From Monocercomonoides exilis PA203 (lineage: Eukaryota > Protista > Preaxostyla), in the NCBI GenBank assembly GCA_001643675.2, contig LSRY02000037.1:248001-312000 (forward strand): a stretch of DNA of 64,000 nucleotides. The letters are read 5' to 3'. The notes beneath the pieces were generated by a model. The model had not been told where the DNA came from. It saw nothing but the letters and a program-made list of their open reading frames with translations, and ran no database searches. Shown one piece after another: positions 13,546-26,177 of this stretch. Position 1 is the stretch's first letter. Every line of letters starts with the position of its first letter. The position numbers were made by a program, and so were the translations under genes.

Positions 13546-15503
13546 CAGTAAGGTGACATTTCTGGTACAGATTGTATTTTTATCCAATATGAGGATATTC
13601 ATCATATTTATAAAATTGTTTGCTCAGTTTATGATTGAAACCCATCCCTCTGCGGGTGTTGTCGATATGCACTGCCACAACACGAAGAATGCGATTCTGC
13701 GGAAAGAGCTGCCTTTGAACCAGCTGAACCACACATTTGCCCACAAGCTCCAATCCACTGAAGAGATATTCAACTTCTTCCAAGGCCTTCTTTTCACCGA
13801 AGCCTTGACGCATCTGCTTCAGACTCCACTTCACTTGCTTTTCTATTTGTGTGCTGAACCGCTCCAACTCAAAATCATAGAGGTGTTTGTGTTTGTGTTT
13901 GTGTGTGTGCGGAACAATGTGAAACTTCTGCTTGTTTGGAGAAAACGCTATCCGTCAGACATTGTTGCGAGGGCAGAGCATTGGATGGAGGAGAAGTAGA
14001 TAAAGAAGATAAAGAATTTTATGAAGAAGGAAAAGAAGAAGAAGAAGTTGTAGTAGGAGAAGAAGAAGAAGAAACAGAGGAGAAACACAAGCTTTTAACG
14101 AATCTGTATCGCTCACGATGTTGTTGTCTGCTGTGAACTTTCAATAAATAGATAGTAACATTACTCGGAACTGGAAAGATTGTCTGCTTTGGAAGATAAT
14201 GAAAAATGCATTGTTGTAATTTTGAGGGTTTGAGGGGAACAACTGATGTAATCTTAATATGCAAAGATATTTTTAAAAATAGTTTGGTCTTCGCTTTTCT
14301 TATTTGTAAAGGAGCAGAAAACAATTCGAATGTGAGTAGTGAATTTTTTATGTGGCTATGATAGAATCATCTTCACTAATAAGTTGAAACAGTATCTTCC
14401 TCGGCATTGCATCGATTTTGCCTCAGAAAACTGCTTCCTTCGACGAAACAACAGCACTCTCGTTTTGTATGTGTTCATTTTCTGTCTTTTGATTCTGAGA
14501 TTTCGATTTATGTACAGCTTCTGGCTTCTCCAAGAAATTAATTCTTCAAATGCATTCATAGATAAATAATAAAAACATTTTTCCTTTGCGTGAAAGTGGC
14601 GTAAATGCTCCGCGTGAAAGAGATGGTTCTTCCAATATTTCACTGATATCAAATTGAATTTCTTTTCCATTTTGAAGCATCCAGATATAATAACATTTGT
14701 TTCCTGCAAGAAAAATGTAATATCAAGGAAAACTATATCCCTTCGCATTGCACAAGAAAAATTATCAGTGAAAATGTGATGCCTCCAAGGTTTGAGTATG
14801 ACATTGGAATTAAACTTAATATGCTAAGAACTTTGATTCACTTGGAAAACGAATTCGAGACGCTGAAATTTGTTTTGAAACTCAGAATTTATGCTCAAAA
14901 CAAAGTCTTTATTATGAGTGTTAACATCAAAGTTGAATGTTCAACTGCCAAATAGATAAGCGCAACTGAAAAATTGAATAATCCAAAGGATAAATAACCT
15001 TAATAGAGGTGTCTGTCCGCTTTTCTACGAATCAAAAATTAGTGTTGAACATATTAGACGATTATTCCCTGCATTTGAGCCATGCAGCTCAAATCGTGGT
15101 CTGCCTCTATTCGAACAAAACAGAAAATAGAATAAACATTGCTGCATTGCTTGAATCTTCATTTGTTGAAAAAAAGCCTCAAAAATAAAATTTCACCTCA
15201 AACATCAAGAAATAGATTCATTATCACTTAGAGAAATCAACACGAATCGGTTTTCAAAACGAATTTTTCCTTTGATCAAAAATCATTTTCTTTAAAACAA
15301 AAACTTATGAATCACGAAATATAGACATTCATAAAATCAATAAGATGAAAATGAATTTTCAATGAAGAATTTTCTTGGTAAAAATTGAACAAATTTATTC
15401 AAAACAAAGAAATAGTTAAGAAATATTCAAAATCAAACAGTAATTTTTTAATGAAAACGAATGTTAAAATAAATGCAATTTCAATGGGATTGGCATAATG
15501 CAA

Positions 15504-18500
15504 CAGTCTGTCCCAAAAAACGTTGATCTGTCCTTTTTTTATGTCGATCATACCATCAACAATATATGAAATGCCACCGAATATTTATAAGAGTTTACAA
15601 AACTGAGAATTTTTTTGTGTGAGTTTATCCTTTGAAGAGTTGCTCGTGTATATTACTTGTGCAGAAATTAATCTGAATTAATATGCCACCTGATATGGTT
15701 TGTTTTGTGTCTACTTTAACAAAAAATTTAGTTTGCAATTGTGTTTTTTCGATATTTATCAAATAATGCAGTACGAAACAAATTATTGGTGAAAAACCAA
15801 TTATATGTTGATAAATATGAGATTTATATCGAAAAATAGACTGATACTTTGCATAAAATGAAAATATAAAACTGAACTTTCTCGCAACTCTGCGAAAGAA
15901 ATGTTCATTTTTAATTAATTATTTTTCAGTTTTCTTTCAATATTTGACGATTAATCTACAATTTCACCTTTTTTAAGTGAATGTCTGTTTGCAATGTAGT
16001 GAAAACTGCATTTTTGTGAAAACTTTATTTAGTTGAATCAAAGTGTTTGTTGTTCAAAAAAACTTTTGATTTGTTGAAGTTCTTTCTATCAACATTTATT
16101 CATGTTTGGTTTTTTTTGGTTTTTTTCTTCGCTAATAAGTTTTTTGTTTTAAGTGTTTGTTTTCAAGCGATTCACATCTTGTTAAAGAAGAATAAAACTG
16201 TGTGATTTTTTTTGATATCATAAAAAATTCCGACGTTTGATCATTAAAAATTTTCATTAAGTGTGGGGTTGAATCGAAAATATTTTTGTTTATTATGCGA
16301 AAATATTGTTCAATATATTATTATTTTTATTTGTTTGCTGGTTTTAATTTGTTGACAATTGTTTTTATTACTTATTTTCAAAAAAACATAAAAAAATTAT
16401 TCGCAAAATATCGAAACTTAAATTAACTGAGCAAAACAAAAGTTTACTGGTTTTTTAAAACATTAAAACAATAATCACAATACATAATCAATCTAATTTT
16501 TATGCAAAAATTTGTTTTATGATGTTGTTGCAAAGAAATTTAGAAATTGATGCTAAAGATATAAAAGCATTTGTTGAAAACAATAATTTTCGACAGCTCC
16601 GGCAAAGCGATTCGCAAAGCAGCCTTTCCAATAATCATTACCTTCTTTTGAGTTCACTAATTGCTTGCTATTCTGAAATATGAAAGATTTTTGCTTTTTT
16701 TCAATTCCATCTTTCTCAATTCAAATCCAATTAGCTTCTTGAAAAATTTGCAGACAATTTCCATCTCAATCTCTTCATCTTGCACACTTTCCATATAAAT
16801 TCTATCTCTCAACTCGATGGATAACCCAAACAATGAGCTATCCCGCTTTCATTCATTTTCATTCATTTCCACCTCCTGCCCTGAAAACGACACAAAAACA
16901 TTCAACAGATAAATATTCATATAAAGAAAAACAAATAAAGACCAAACTGCTCTTCGACTGTTTTTCGCCAAGCACACTCATTTTCACAACAATCATCATT
17001 CAAAATAAATCAATCTCTTCATTTCAGTCTCAGAATGGTTGAATACAGCATGGGATGCATCTCCACAAAAAGCATTGAATAACTTTCTGGAGGATCTTCT
17101 CATGCTGTGCACATTGTGGTGGATGTCCAAAGGGGTTTTTTCTGTTTCAGGCGTGATCATCTCCTTTAATAATATTCTCAACCACCAAAAGAAATATATC
17201 TCGTTTATTTCATCAACACCATGCATAGGAGGGATATGGGGCAGAGAAGAGATGGAAGAATATTTTTTGTGGCAGGGGGTGGGAGTTGAGTGGTTTTTTG
17301 AATGTTTATATTTCAAGAATGATTTTTGAATGAAAGAAATTCTGAGACAAAGGGGTGGGGAAGGAACAGGTGGAGATTTGGAGAAGATAATACAGTAAAT
17401 AAGTTGAGAAGTGACTGAGGATAATGAGGAAGATATTTGAGATAAATTGGAGAAATGGTTTTTGAAGAGAAAGAAAAGAGGGCAAAAGCGGGACAGAAGA
17501 TGAATATTTTGAAGTGTTTGATTGGATGAGGGGTATTTTTTTTGAGAGGAGTAGAATGTTTTATAAAAGAGAATGGGAAAGAGAAGAAAAGGAGGGGATT
17601 GATATTTTCTGATGATTTTGTGAGCTGAATGGAAGAGGAAAAATGGAAAGGAAAAGAAATTGAGAAATATTAACAGTTTCTATTTTCGAAGCAAAAGGAG
17701 AGGAAATCGCAAAAAGAAAAGCAAATGATTTGAATAAATCAAGCTTTATTGATATATTTCAGAACATCAGCCAAAATATTTGCAATTTGGGTTTTTGACT
17801 CGTTGCGAAATTAACTTGTTTAATGTGATATTTCATTCAGTCAGCAACGTCACAGGATCTTCTCATATTTTTCTTTGGAAATATCATTCGACTGATTTCA
17901 CATTTCTCAATCCTCTCGCCTTCTTCTTATTCTTCGCCTTCTTCTTCTGTGATATTTCTTTTCACTTCGTGCCAGAACAGATAGTCGACCTTCAGATGCA
18001 TGTGAGCTGTTCAATCAGTGGCTTGATTGCACCTTCCAAAAATTATTTCATCCAATTTTCCTACTCCCAACAGTATCATCCTCACTGTCAATGCATTTCG
18101 TAACTTCGCTGGATGGGCATTTGAACAGCTTTCCTTTTCCGTTGCAGTTTATCCAGCTCTGCTTCAGCGTTTCGAACGAAATACATGCGCCGGCTGTGCA
18201 GAATAAGCTGAATGGGCATAGAAAGAGAAATGGTGGTTGGAGGGAAGGAGCTGACAGCAATATCGCACTCATGCTCTCGCTTTGCGATACTGCCAAAAAG
18301 CAAAGAGAGAGAGAGAGAGAGAGGAGAGGAGAGGAGAGGAGAGCGCATTAAAATGGAAGATGCAACGAAGGTTGATTTCAGAAGCAAATTGAGTTCAGAG
18401 CAGAGGAAAGGGAATCAGTGTGAAAAGCCAAAGGCGAAGACGAAGATGAATGAGAAAAACGAGATATCCACATTGAAAGCTTACACTTTCGACTCAAGAC

Positions 18501-21500
18501 TTGCGCAGGCAACAACAGAAAGGAGGTCGAGGGACAGGAGAAGGGTAGAAGGAGGTGATGACGAAGATGAATAACAGCAGACATTTTTTCGCGTTCTACA
18601 GTACACTCTCATCTGCTCGGCTGTATTCTCAAAATACCACAGCCTCCTCAACATTTGCCACTCCTCCTTATTTTCTCTTGCCCTACACACAATTGTCTGC
18701 CCCTTCAATTCTTGTTGGAACTCCACCGAAGCCATTTACACCTTCATCTCCCGCCACAGACTCATCTTCACTCACACAGAAGTCCTTCAACATGACTGGC
18801 CCAAGCTCCGCCTATTTATCGAATATATCTTCTTTTCATGCATCTTCAACTATTTCTTCCTTGTCGCAACCTATCCTTTGTGTGATTCTTAGTAAGATCA
18901 AATTGGGCAATGCATGTGTATTTGCAAGCAGCATGTGAGCGCGAGGGATGTGTTTGAGCCACAGAGCATCCTTCTGAACTGTGCAGCGTATGTGGAAAGA
19001 AAGTGGATTCAGGTGGGTGGTGAGGAGGAGGGAAAGGGAGTGAAGAAGGATGAGAAAGAGGAGAGAGAGGAAAACACTTTAATTAATAACTTTCAAAAGA
19101 GAAGATGAAATCAACAAAAGAGAATAATAAGCCTGTGAAGATACTGATCACAATTTGCTTGACTTTCTGCCTGAATTCAGTAATCAAAGAAGGATTCAGT
19201 AGCAAATCATTAGAACGCTATATTCTTTCTCAGCATTTTCATCTGCAAACGCATCATCTTTTTTCTCAACTTCTTCGTCTTCTGCTTCAACACCTTCCTC
19301 TTTTATTTCAACTTCTTAATCTTGTTCTTAATCTTGCTTTTATTCTTGTTTATTCATCATTTTTTCATTATCTTCTCTTCTTCTTCACCTGATTCATTAA
19401 CTGGCACGCTAGAAATCCCTCAGCATCCACATCCACCTCCACAAGTGATGTCAATCCCTCCTCCTCTCTACATCCTATCTGATGCAAACAAAGCAATCCA
19501 TTCAGCGCAAGTGAACTTATTTTTCTATTATTCCTTTATCATCATCTTTTTCTTCTTCTTTTTCTTCTTTCTTCTTCTTCCTCATCCTCCTCTTACTTCT
19601 TCCTCTTCCTCTTCTTTCTCTTCCTCTTCTTCTTCTCCTTCCTCCATCTCCAAAAGTTCTTCTTCTTCTTCTTCTTCTTCTTCTTCTTCTTCTTCTTCTT
19701 TCTCTTCCCCTTCTTCATCTCTTTCTCTTCATTCTCCTTCTCCTTCTCTCTCTTCTTCTCAGGGATCTGCGTCTGCATCTGCCTCTGAATCAGAGCTCGA
19801 AATGCCCCCCGCTGCAGCCGTTGCGTTGATTTCTGCTCCCTCCCCTCCGATTAACGAAGCACTCACACCTTCTCTGATGACTGCAGCAATTGCTGGCTCC
19901 ACATTTTTATTGTGTCATCACAGACACGCAAACGGAGAGAGCGTTCTGGATCTTCTGGGAGCTGTGGAAGTGTTTGGACTGCCCCAACTTGCACTAATGT
20001 CACAGGAAAAGACGTTGTCTTCGTTTGATGCTGCTTCTGCATAGAATGATTAAAACGTTGCAACACGAGATGCTTCTCATGTTGTTTCATCATCATCATC
20101 TTCTTCTTCTTCGACTTCATCCTCCTCTTCTTCCTCTTCCTCCTCCTCTTCTTCTTCAATACACCTCACCACCCTCATGCCCTCCGCACACCGCCCCACC
20201 CCCGCCGACATCATCAGCCACAGCTGTCTCGAGTGCAGCCGTTCAGCCGCCATCACCACTGCAGAATTTGAGAGCCATCTGGCTGGTTTCCCACTCGAGC
20301 ACACCAAAAGCAGGAGTGAAGCAGACAACAAAAGATTTGCATATGATACCTTTTACGACTCAGTCATCCGCGAACAATCGGTGAGACTGCGTGACGACGA
20401 TGCGGTTTCTGATGTGCTCAGCTACTTGTCAAGATTAGTTTTCCCCACGCTGTTTATGCCATCTAACCTCACCGCCGGTCAGCTTTCTGACTCCACACGC
20501 TTCAAATCTGACTTCGATGGGAAACTTCCTCTATTCACTTCAGACACATTGAGCATGCCTCCAGATTATCAGAACAACCATTCCTTGGGAGAACCTCAGC
20601 TTCCGCATTTCCTCTCCTTCTCGCCTTCACTCAGCCCCCGCAAATTGATTCCAGACAGCTCCCCAACTGGTTCCCCTTCCTTCTCCACCAGCTCCACACT
20701 GCTTGAAGCCCTCTACCCTGCTGCCACATCCGTCGTTGCGTCTGTTTCCGACCAATCATTCCTGTCGTAGGAGCTTCCTCTTCTTTACCCGCTCGATCCG
20801 CTTGAACCGCTCGATTAGATGTCGATTGTGGCTGCTTCAAACAGAATAGCCAGTGCCAGAAAGACAAGTGCGAATGCGAAGAGGAAGCTGATGTCTTCAG
20901 ATGAGAAGTCATATGCACTGCCTTTGGAATTGGAGTCGAAAATGGCCATGGAGGATTTGAATAAGTTGGTTTCGAAGGATTTTCGTTCTTCTTCTACTTC
21001 TTCTTTAACAACTACTGCTTCTCCTTCATCGTTCTCTTCCTCTTCCTCCTCTTCCACTTCCTCCTCCTCCTCCTCCTCCTTTTCTCACCTGATCGCTCAC
21101 ACAGCGGCCAATGAACTGAGTGTGAAGGCATATTTGTTTCAAGAGGAGATTAACAAGCAATTGGAGTTATCGAGGAATACAACGAGAAGAATGATACAGA
21201 AAGTGCTGGAGAGGAATCAAGCAACTTCAGAGACATTTCAAAAGGAGAGTATTTATGAAGCAGAGTGGAAATGGAAGGAAGATGAGGAAAGAATGGAAAA
21301 GGAAGCGGGAAGGACAAGTGATGAGAAGAATAAAGAGAGAAAAGACGAGTTCGAATTAGTGTTATTCATTGATTATCGAGTTCATTGTATTTCGTTCAAC
21401 GTTTGATGAAGAAACCGAATCGAAAAGAAAGGACTGATGTTTTGTGATGATATTTCAGTTGAAGAAAAAGATGAAGTGAAGAAAACCAATTGCTTTAACA

Positions 21501-22491
21501 GGTTAAAAGTTGTTAAATCTATTTATTGAAACAATCTTTTTAACAAACCGTTTCAATAAAGTCTTTCAAAGTATTTTTTATTTATTAGGATAGTTTTGCA
21601 AGTTGAGAAACTTGGCATTTTCCTTTTGCAGTTTTATTTTTTATTTTTCACATTTTTTTTGAAAGCTGGATCAAATAATTCTTTTTCACGAAAAACATTA
21701 AAAAGGTATGTTTTTTTGAATACAACAATAAAACAAATATATATAACAGAAACAAAAGCTAAATACTTGCAAAAAATCAATTTGACTCTTTGATCAAAAA
21801 ATACCACAATAGATTTTATTTTTTCTATTTTTGATCTTTTTTTATGATGTCAAAAAAAATCACCCAACTTATATATTGTGTTTATTTATATAAATTAAGA
21901 ATTAAAACATAAAACAACGTTCAAATAAATACACGATCGAATTTTTATCTAGCATATATATATCGTTTCGTTTTTCTCAACAAAAGCATTTCAGATAAAT
22001 AAGAATTTTCAAATTACTGGAAATCAATTGAATTAATAAATTCTGATGTGAAAATTATAGATTTGTTTGCTTTTAAGGAACTCATCGGAAGCCAAAAAGA
22101 TAAACAACAAAATTTGCTCAGTGCATTTCAATAAACTTTGTCAATAACAAGCAAAAACAAAAACTGCTTCAGAAACAAAATTTCCTTTCAAAAAAATCGG
22201 AATTCTTCAAAATCATTCTTTTATTAGTCATCAATCGAGTGAAATTTATAATGATGCAAATGAAAGTTGAAAAACAATATATGAAGCAGAAAAATAGGTT
22301 ATACACAAACTATGAACACTGCAAATTATGCCTACACAAAAAACAGCAAAAACTCTACGTTTCAACTCAAAGAATGAATAACAATATACAGCTGGGCTCA
22401 AAAATGAAAAATATGGCACGAGTAATATTTAATTATCATGGTATGATCGACAATAAAAAAGGACAGATCAACATTTTTTTGGGACAGACTG
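15504..22491. mobile_element. 7-kb segment bounded by Tc1/mariner-type TIRs (CAGTCTGTCCCAAAAA..), non-autonomous, enclosing host-gene fragments
   Basis: CAGTCTGTCCCAAAAAACGTTGATCTGTCCTTTTTTTATGTCGATCATACCAT at 15504 matches the reverse complement of 22438-22491. A second inverted match, GTGATTTTTTT.GAYATCATAAAAAA, lies at ~16202-16227 and ~21838-21863. Flanks AA and CA are each one change from TA. No transposase ORF seen. Confidence 0.65.
19322..21406 (+). pseudogene. Disrupted Ser-rich host gene fragment; one reading frame with a phase-0 intron (19511-19762) and four in-frame TAR stops
   Basis: ORFs 19322, 20177 and 20819 share one frame, separated only by TAG 20042, TAA 20051, TAG 20768 and TAG 20816. 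CAA|GTGAAC and TTCTCAG|GGA splice sites are in phase 0. The 5' part upstream of ~19380 looks frameshifted. Confidence 0.65.
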
Positions 22492-23107
22492 CACTTTAAT
22501 GGAACCAAAAATATTAAAAATAAGCTTTATGAAAAGGCTAAATGTTTTCAAGTGAACTTTCATCAACACTCTTTGGTGTTGACAATATGTTTTATATATC
22601 TTTTTTCTTTTTAAAAGCTTTCGTTCTCAAAAACAACTGTCCCCTAATTGAAATTTTAAATGATTTTTTTGATAAATTATTTAAATAACAATAAAAAGAC
22701 ATTTTTAGGTTTAAAAATTTGAATATTAGTGCTATTTGCAATTGTTAGGGTTGCAAAAAACTCAATTCAAGCATTGAAATGAAAATAGAAAAAAGCCTCA
22801 TGTAAGTTATTATGTGAATAAAAAATCACTCAGTCATTTTTTGTTTTGATCAATAGGTTATTATTCACCTAATGTGTATTTATAATATCTTCACATTGCA
22901 TTTTTTTTTAACTATTTATTCATGGATTTAACGAAAAAAAACGGGTACACGAAAAGAAGCATCTTGCCATGAGATTTTCTTTGTTTATAATTTGATTTCT
23001 GAATAAAAAAATCGAGAGATATGAAAAGAGAAAAGTTGAAAACGAAAAACAAAAAAAAATGAAGTTTTTAAAGAATTGTCTGCTCAACAGAATAAACTTC
23101 AAGCTAA

Positions 23108-23746
23108 GGCATATTGAAACTTGAAGGACATCAGTGAAACCTTTTTATAACATTTATTTTCATTATTCTGTTCTTTAAAGTTATTTTTTTAATTGAAAAT
23201 AGTTTATATGCGTGAAATAAATGGATAAATTAACAATGAAGTTGGCATGCTGCAACTAAAAGCACATCAGTTATTTTTCACAATTTAATCATTCCAAGAA
23301 AAAATCGAAGTTATTTAAGTTAATAATAAACCCTTTGATATGAAAGCATGAAAATATTACAAAAAAATTTTAAATTGAGAAAGAAAATTTATAAAACAAA
23401 AAATAATGATCCAATGATCACTTTGATCTGAAATTTTCAAATAAATAATACTCTCGAAATTAGACTATTCTGAATTTTTTAAAGAGTATTTTTGCAAAGA
23501 CACCTAACGAATGAATGTATATATTACAAAAAAGAGACAAAATGTGAGGATAAAATATTGCGCGTATTTTTTCGTTTCTCAGTTTTGGTTATTTTTTTCT
23601 CTTTTATTAAACTTCATTGTCAATTTATCCATTTATTTCACGCATATAAACTATTTTTAATTTAAAAAACAACTTAAAAGAACAGAATAACGAAAATAAA
23701 TGTTATAAAAAAGGTTTCATTGATGTCCTTCAAGTTTCATTATGCC
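23108..23746. mobile_element. MITE-like element (~640 bp) with ~135-bp TIRs
   Basis: GGCATATTGAAACTTGAAGGACATCA..GCGTGAAATAAATGGATAAATT.ACAATGAAGT (23108-23243) is the reverse complement of ~23610-23746. Flanks are TAA and TAT. Confidence 0.85.
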
Positions 23747-23750
23747 TATG

Positions 23751-25454
23751 CTTCTTGACGTTTATTGTTTTCAGCATTCTACTAAAAAAAATAAATGAAT
23801 AATTTTTTGTTCAAAATAATCTCATTTTTTATTTGGACACAGACCAATAACATGCTGAATATTCAGCGAATATTTCACACCGAACATTTTGAGTAATAGC
23901 GTTATTGAACATCATTTTTTTTATTATTTGAATTTATTTTGAACTTTTTCAAATTTATTTTTTGTTATTCTTGTTTCAGAAATTAACAAAAAATTACACC
24001 ATTTTTCAAAGAATCAACGTTATTTTTTGAAAATTGCAAACTGTTGAAACTGATATTTTGTCTTTGTTTTATTTTGCATATGAAATTAAGTTTTCCAGAA
24101 TGGAACATAATGGGAATCTGCGACACTGATATTATTTTATGCCTGACCCTAATTTTGTGTAACAGTTAACCAGAAAAAAGAAACATTTCGCATTTCATTT
24201 CATCGTTATCATTTCATTAATTGTTCAATAAACAAAACAGTTTACAAACCTCAAAATAGTTTCCTTATTTGTCATCGAAAAAATGACAAAAAAAATAATG
24301 CTGGAAATAATTGTTCATCAAGTTTCCTGACAAAAAATGAAAAATGAAAAATACGAATATTCTAAGGTTAGTAAATTTTATATTTTTAATTGGGGGAAAA
24401 TACGGACTTTTAAGCTTTTTTTGCACAAGATATTGAACAATTGTTTCACTCATATCTTTATTTTATGTTCTCCGATTTCAAAATAAATTTGATTTTCATT
24501 CGCGAAAACATGCATCATTGAAATCGAAACATGAAGAATTGTGAAATTTCACGAATGTCAAAAAATGAACTCATTTCTTTCGAATTTTTTGATCACAAAA
24601 AGTTTATCAAAGGTGCATAATTTTTCAATGAAAATGCTCGAAGTCAAATATTTATTCCCATATTGGAAAAGTATTCTTCGATGCGTTATAACAAATGCTA
24701 TTTTGTCAATGCATGATTGATTATCTGAAGTGATTGAAGTAAATGGAAGTCACACAAAGAATAAAATTGCTTTTGAAAGTTTTTGATTTTTTTTGAAATT
24801 TTTCTAATGGTTACACACTTTTTGGTTCATTTTTTTAATTAATATATATCTATTTATCATTTTATTCTGTTCACAAAAGAAAATTGGAATTATTTCAATC
24901 AAGCTTTGTTTGTTTATTATCAAATAAACGTTTATTCAAAAAAAGAAAACGCAACACTCTTCAACAAAAGAAAAGAAAACAAAAAAATGAAAAGATCGGA
25001 AAAATTTCATTGGCACAGAAAAATAACAGATCACATTAGTTATTTTTTGTTTATCATGTTTCACAAAAATTGCAATATCATAATCGCATCAAGGAAGAGA
25101 TAATTTTCATTTTTCGTTAGCATTTTAAACATTCAATAATATTTAAAAGTACATACGCACGTGTTTATTCATTCGAAAAATTTCAATTTCTTTCTTTCTT
25201 TCTTTCATTTTTTTTTGTGAATCTCCAGAAATAAAAAAAACAAAAAATAAATTTGAAAAAGTTCAAAATAAATTCAAATAATAAAAAAAATGATGTTCAA
25301 TAACGCTATTACTCAAAATGTTCGGTGTGAAATATTCGCTGAATATTCAGCATGTTATTGGTCTGTGTCCAAATAAAAAATGAGATTATTTTGAACAAAA
25401 AATTATTCATTTATTTTTTTTAGTAGAATGCTGAAAACAATAAATGTCAAGAAG
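23751..25454. mobile_element. Non-autonomous TIR element (~1.7 kb) with ~215-bp near-perfect TIRs
   Basis: CTTCTTGACGTTTATTGTTTTCAGCATTCTACT..GGACACAGACCAATAACATGCTGAATATTCAGCGAATATTTCACACCGAAC.. (23751-~23965) is the reverse complement of ~25240-25454. Right flank TA, left flank TG; AT-rich non-coding interior. Confidence 0.88.
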
Positions 25455-26177
25455 TAATTTTATTTATTTATTGTTTCAAGCCTTTTCGCAAATAAAAAAA
25501 AACAGAAAAAAGTTTCAAAAAAATAAGGGTAGAGATATATTTTTGTGGTCAAGATGAAATATGCACCCTGTGTTTTTCCGAAAATCACATGTTTCTGAAA
25601 ACATGAATTCGTGTTTTTTGCTCCACAAATGGAAATGCTGTGGAGAAGCGTGTAAATCCTCAAGAATTGAGTGTTTTGCTCTTCAGGAATCACTCAATGC
25701 TTTGATCCTGAAAGTTTTCTTCATCCAACAATATTCATTTCCGAATCTCTGGTTCATGAAAACATCCCCGAAACAAAAAAATATCAGAATTGACAGATCA
25801 TTTGAAACCTAACAGAAAATAGGGCATAGCCTCCAAAAGTTCATGAGGTGAGTAATTTCCAAAAAAAAAAAAATTAAAAAATTAAAAAATAAAAAGATTG
25901 AAAAACAAAATAAAATGGAAGAAACAACCGCTCTTTCACATCAGCTGCTCAGAAGTCGCTCCCAACAAACTTTCCCCACCCCTGTGGCTCCTCCCTCTCA
26001 TCCAATATTCCGCCAGTGCTCCATTCACCTGCCTCCCAAATAATCATCCATCACATCCCTTCAAATCCTTCACCCTCCTTCACCACTCATTCACCAAACA
26101 CCAATCAAAGAATACTCTCATCTCCATTTCTTCTTCCTCTGCTTTTCATCACCGTCTTTCAGAAGCCTCAACACTTA

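Noticed and set aside
13553-14136. Coding-like ORFs on both strands
   Set aside because: No recognisable motif or consistent gene model; probably decayed gene debris.
18048-18940. Cys-containing short ORFs (CISFETLKQ..FKCP) suggestive of a RING fragment, plus a stop-ridden minus-strand frame
   Set aside because: Cys/His spacing is incomplete and frames are broken; treated only as unassigned cargo.
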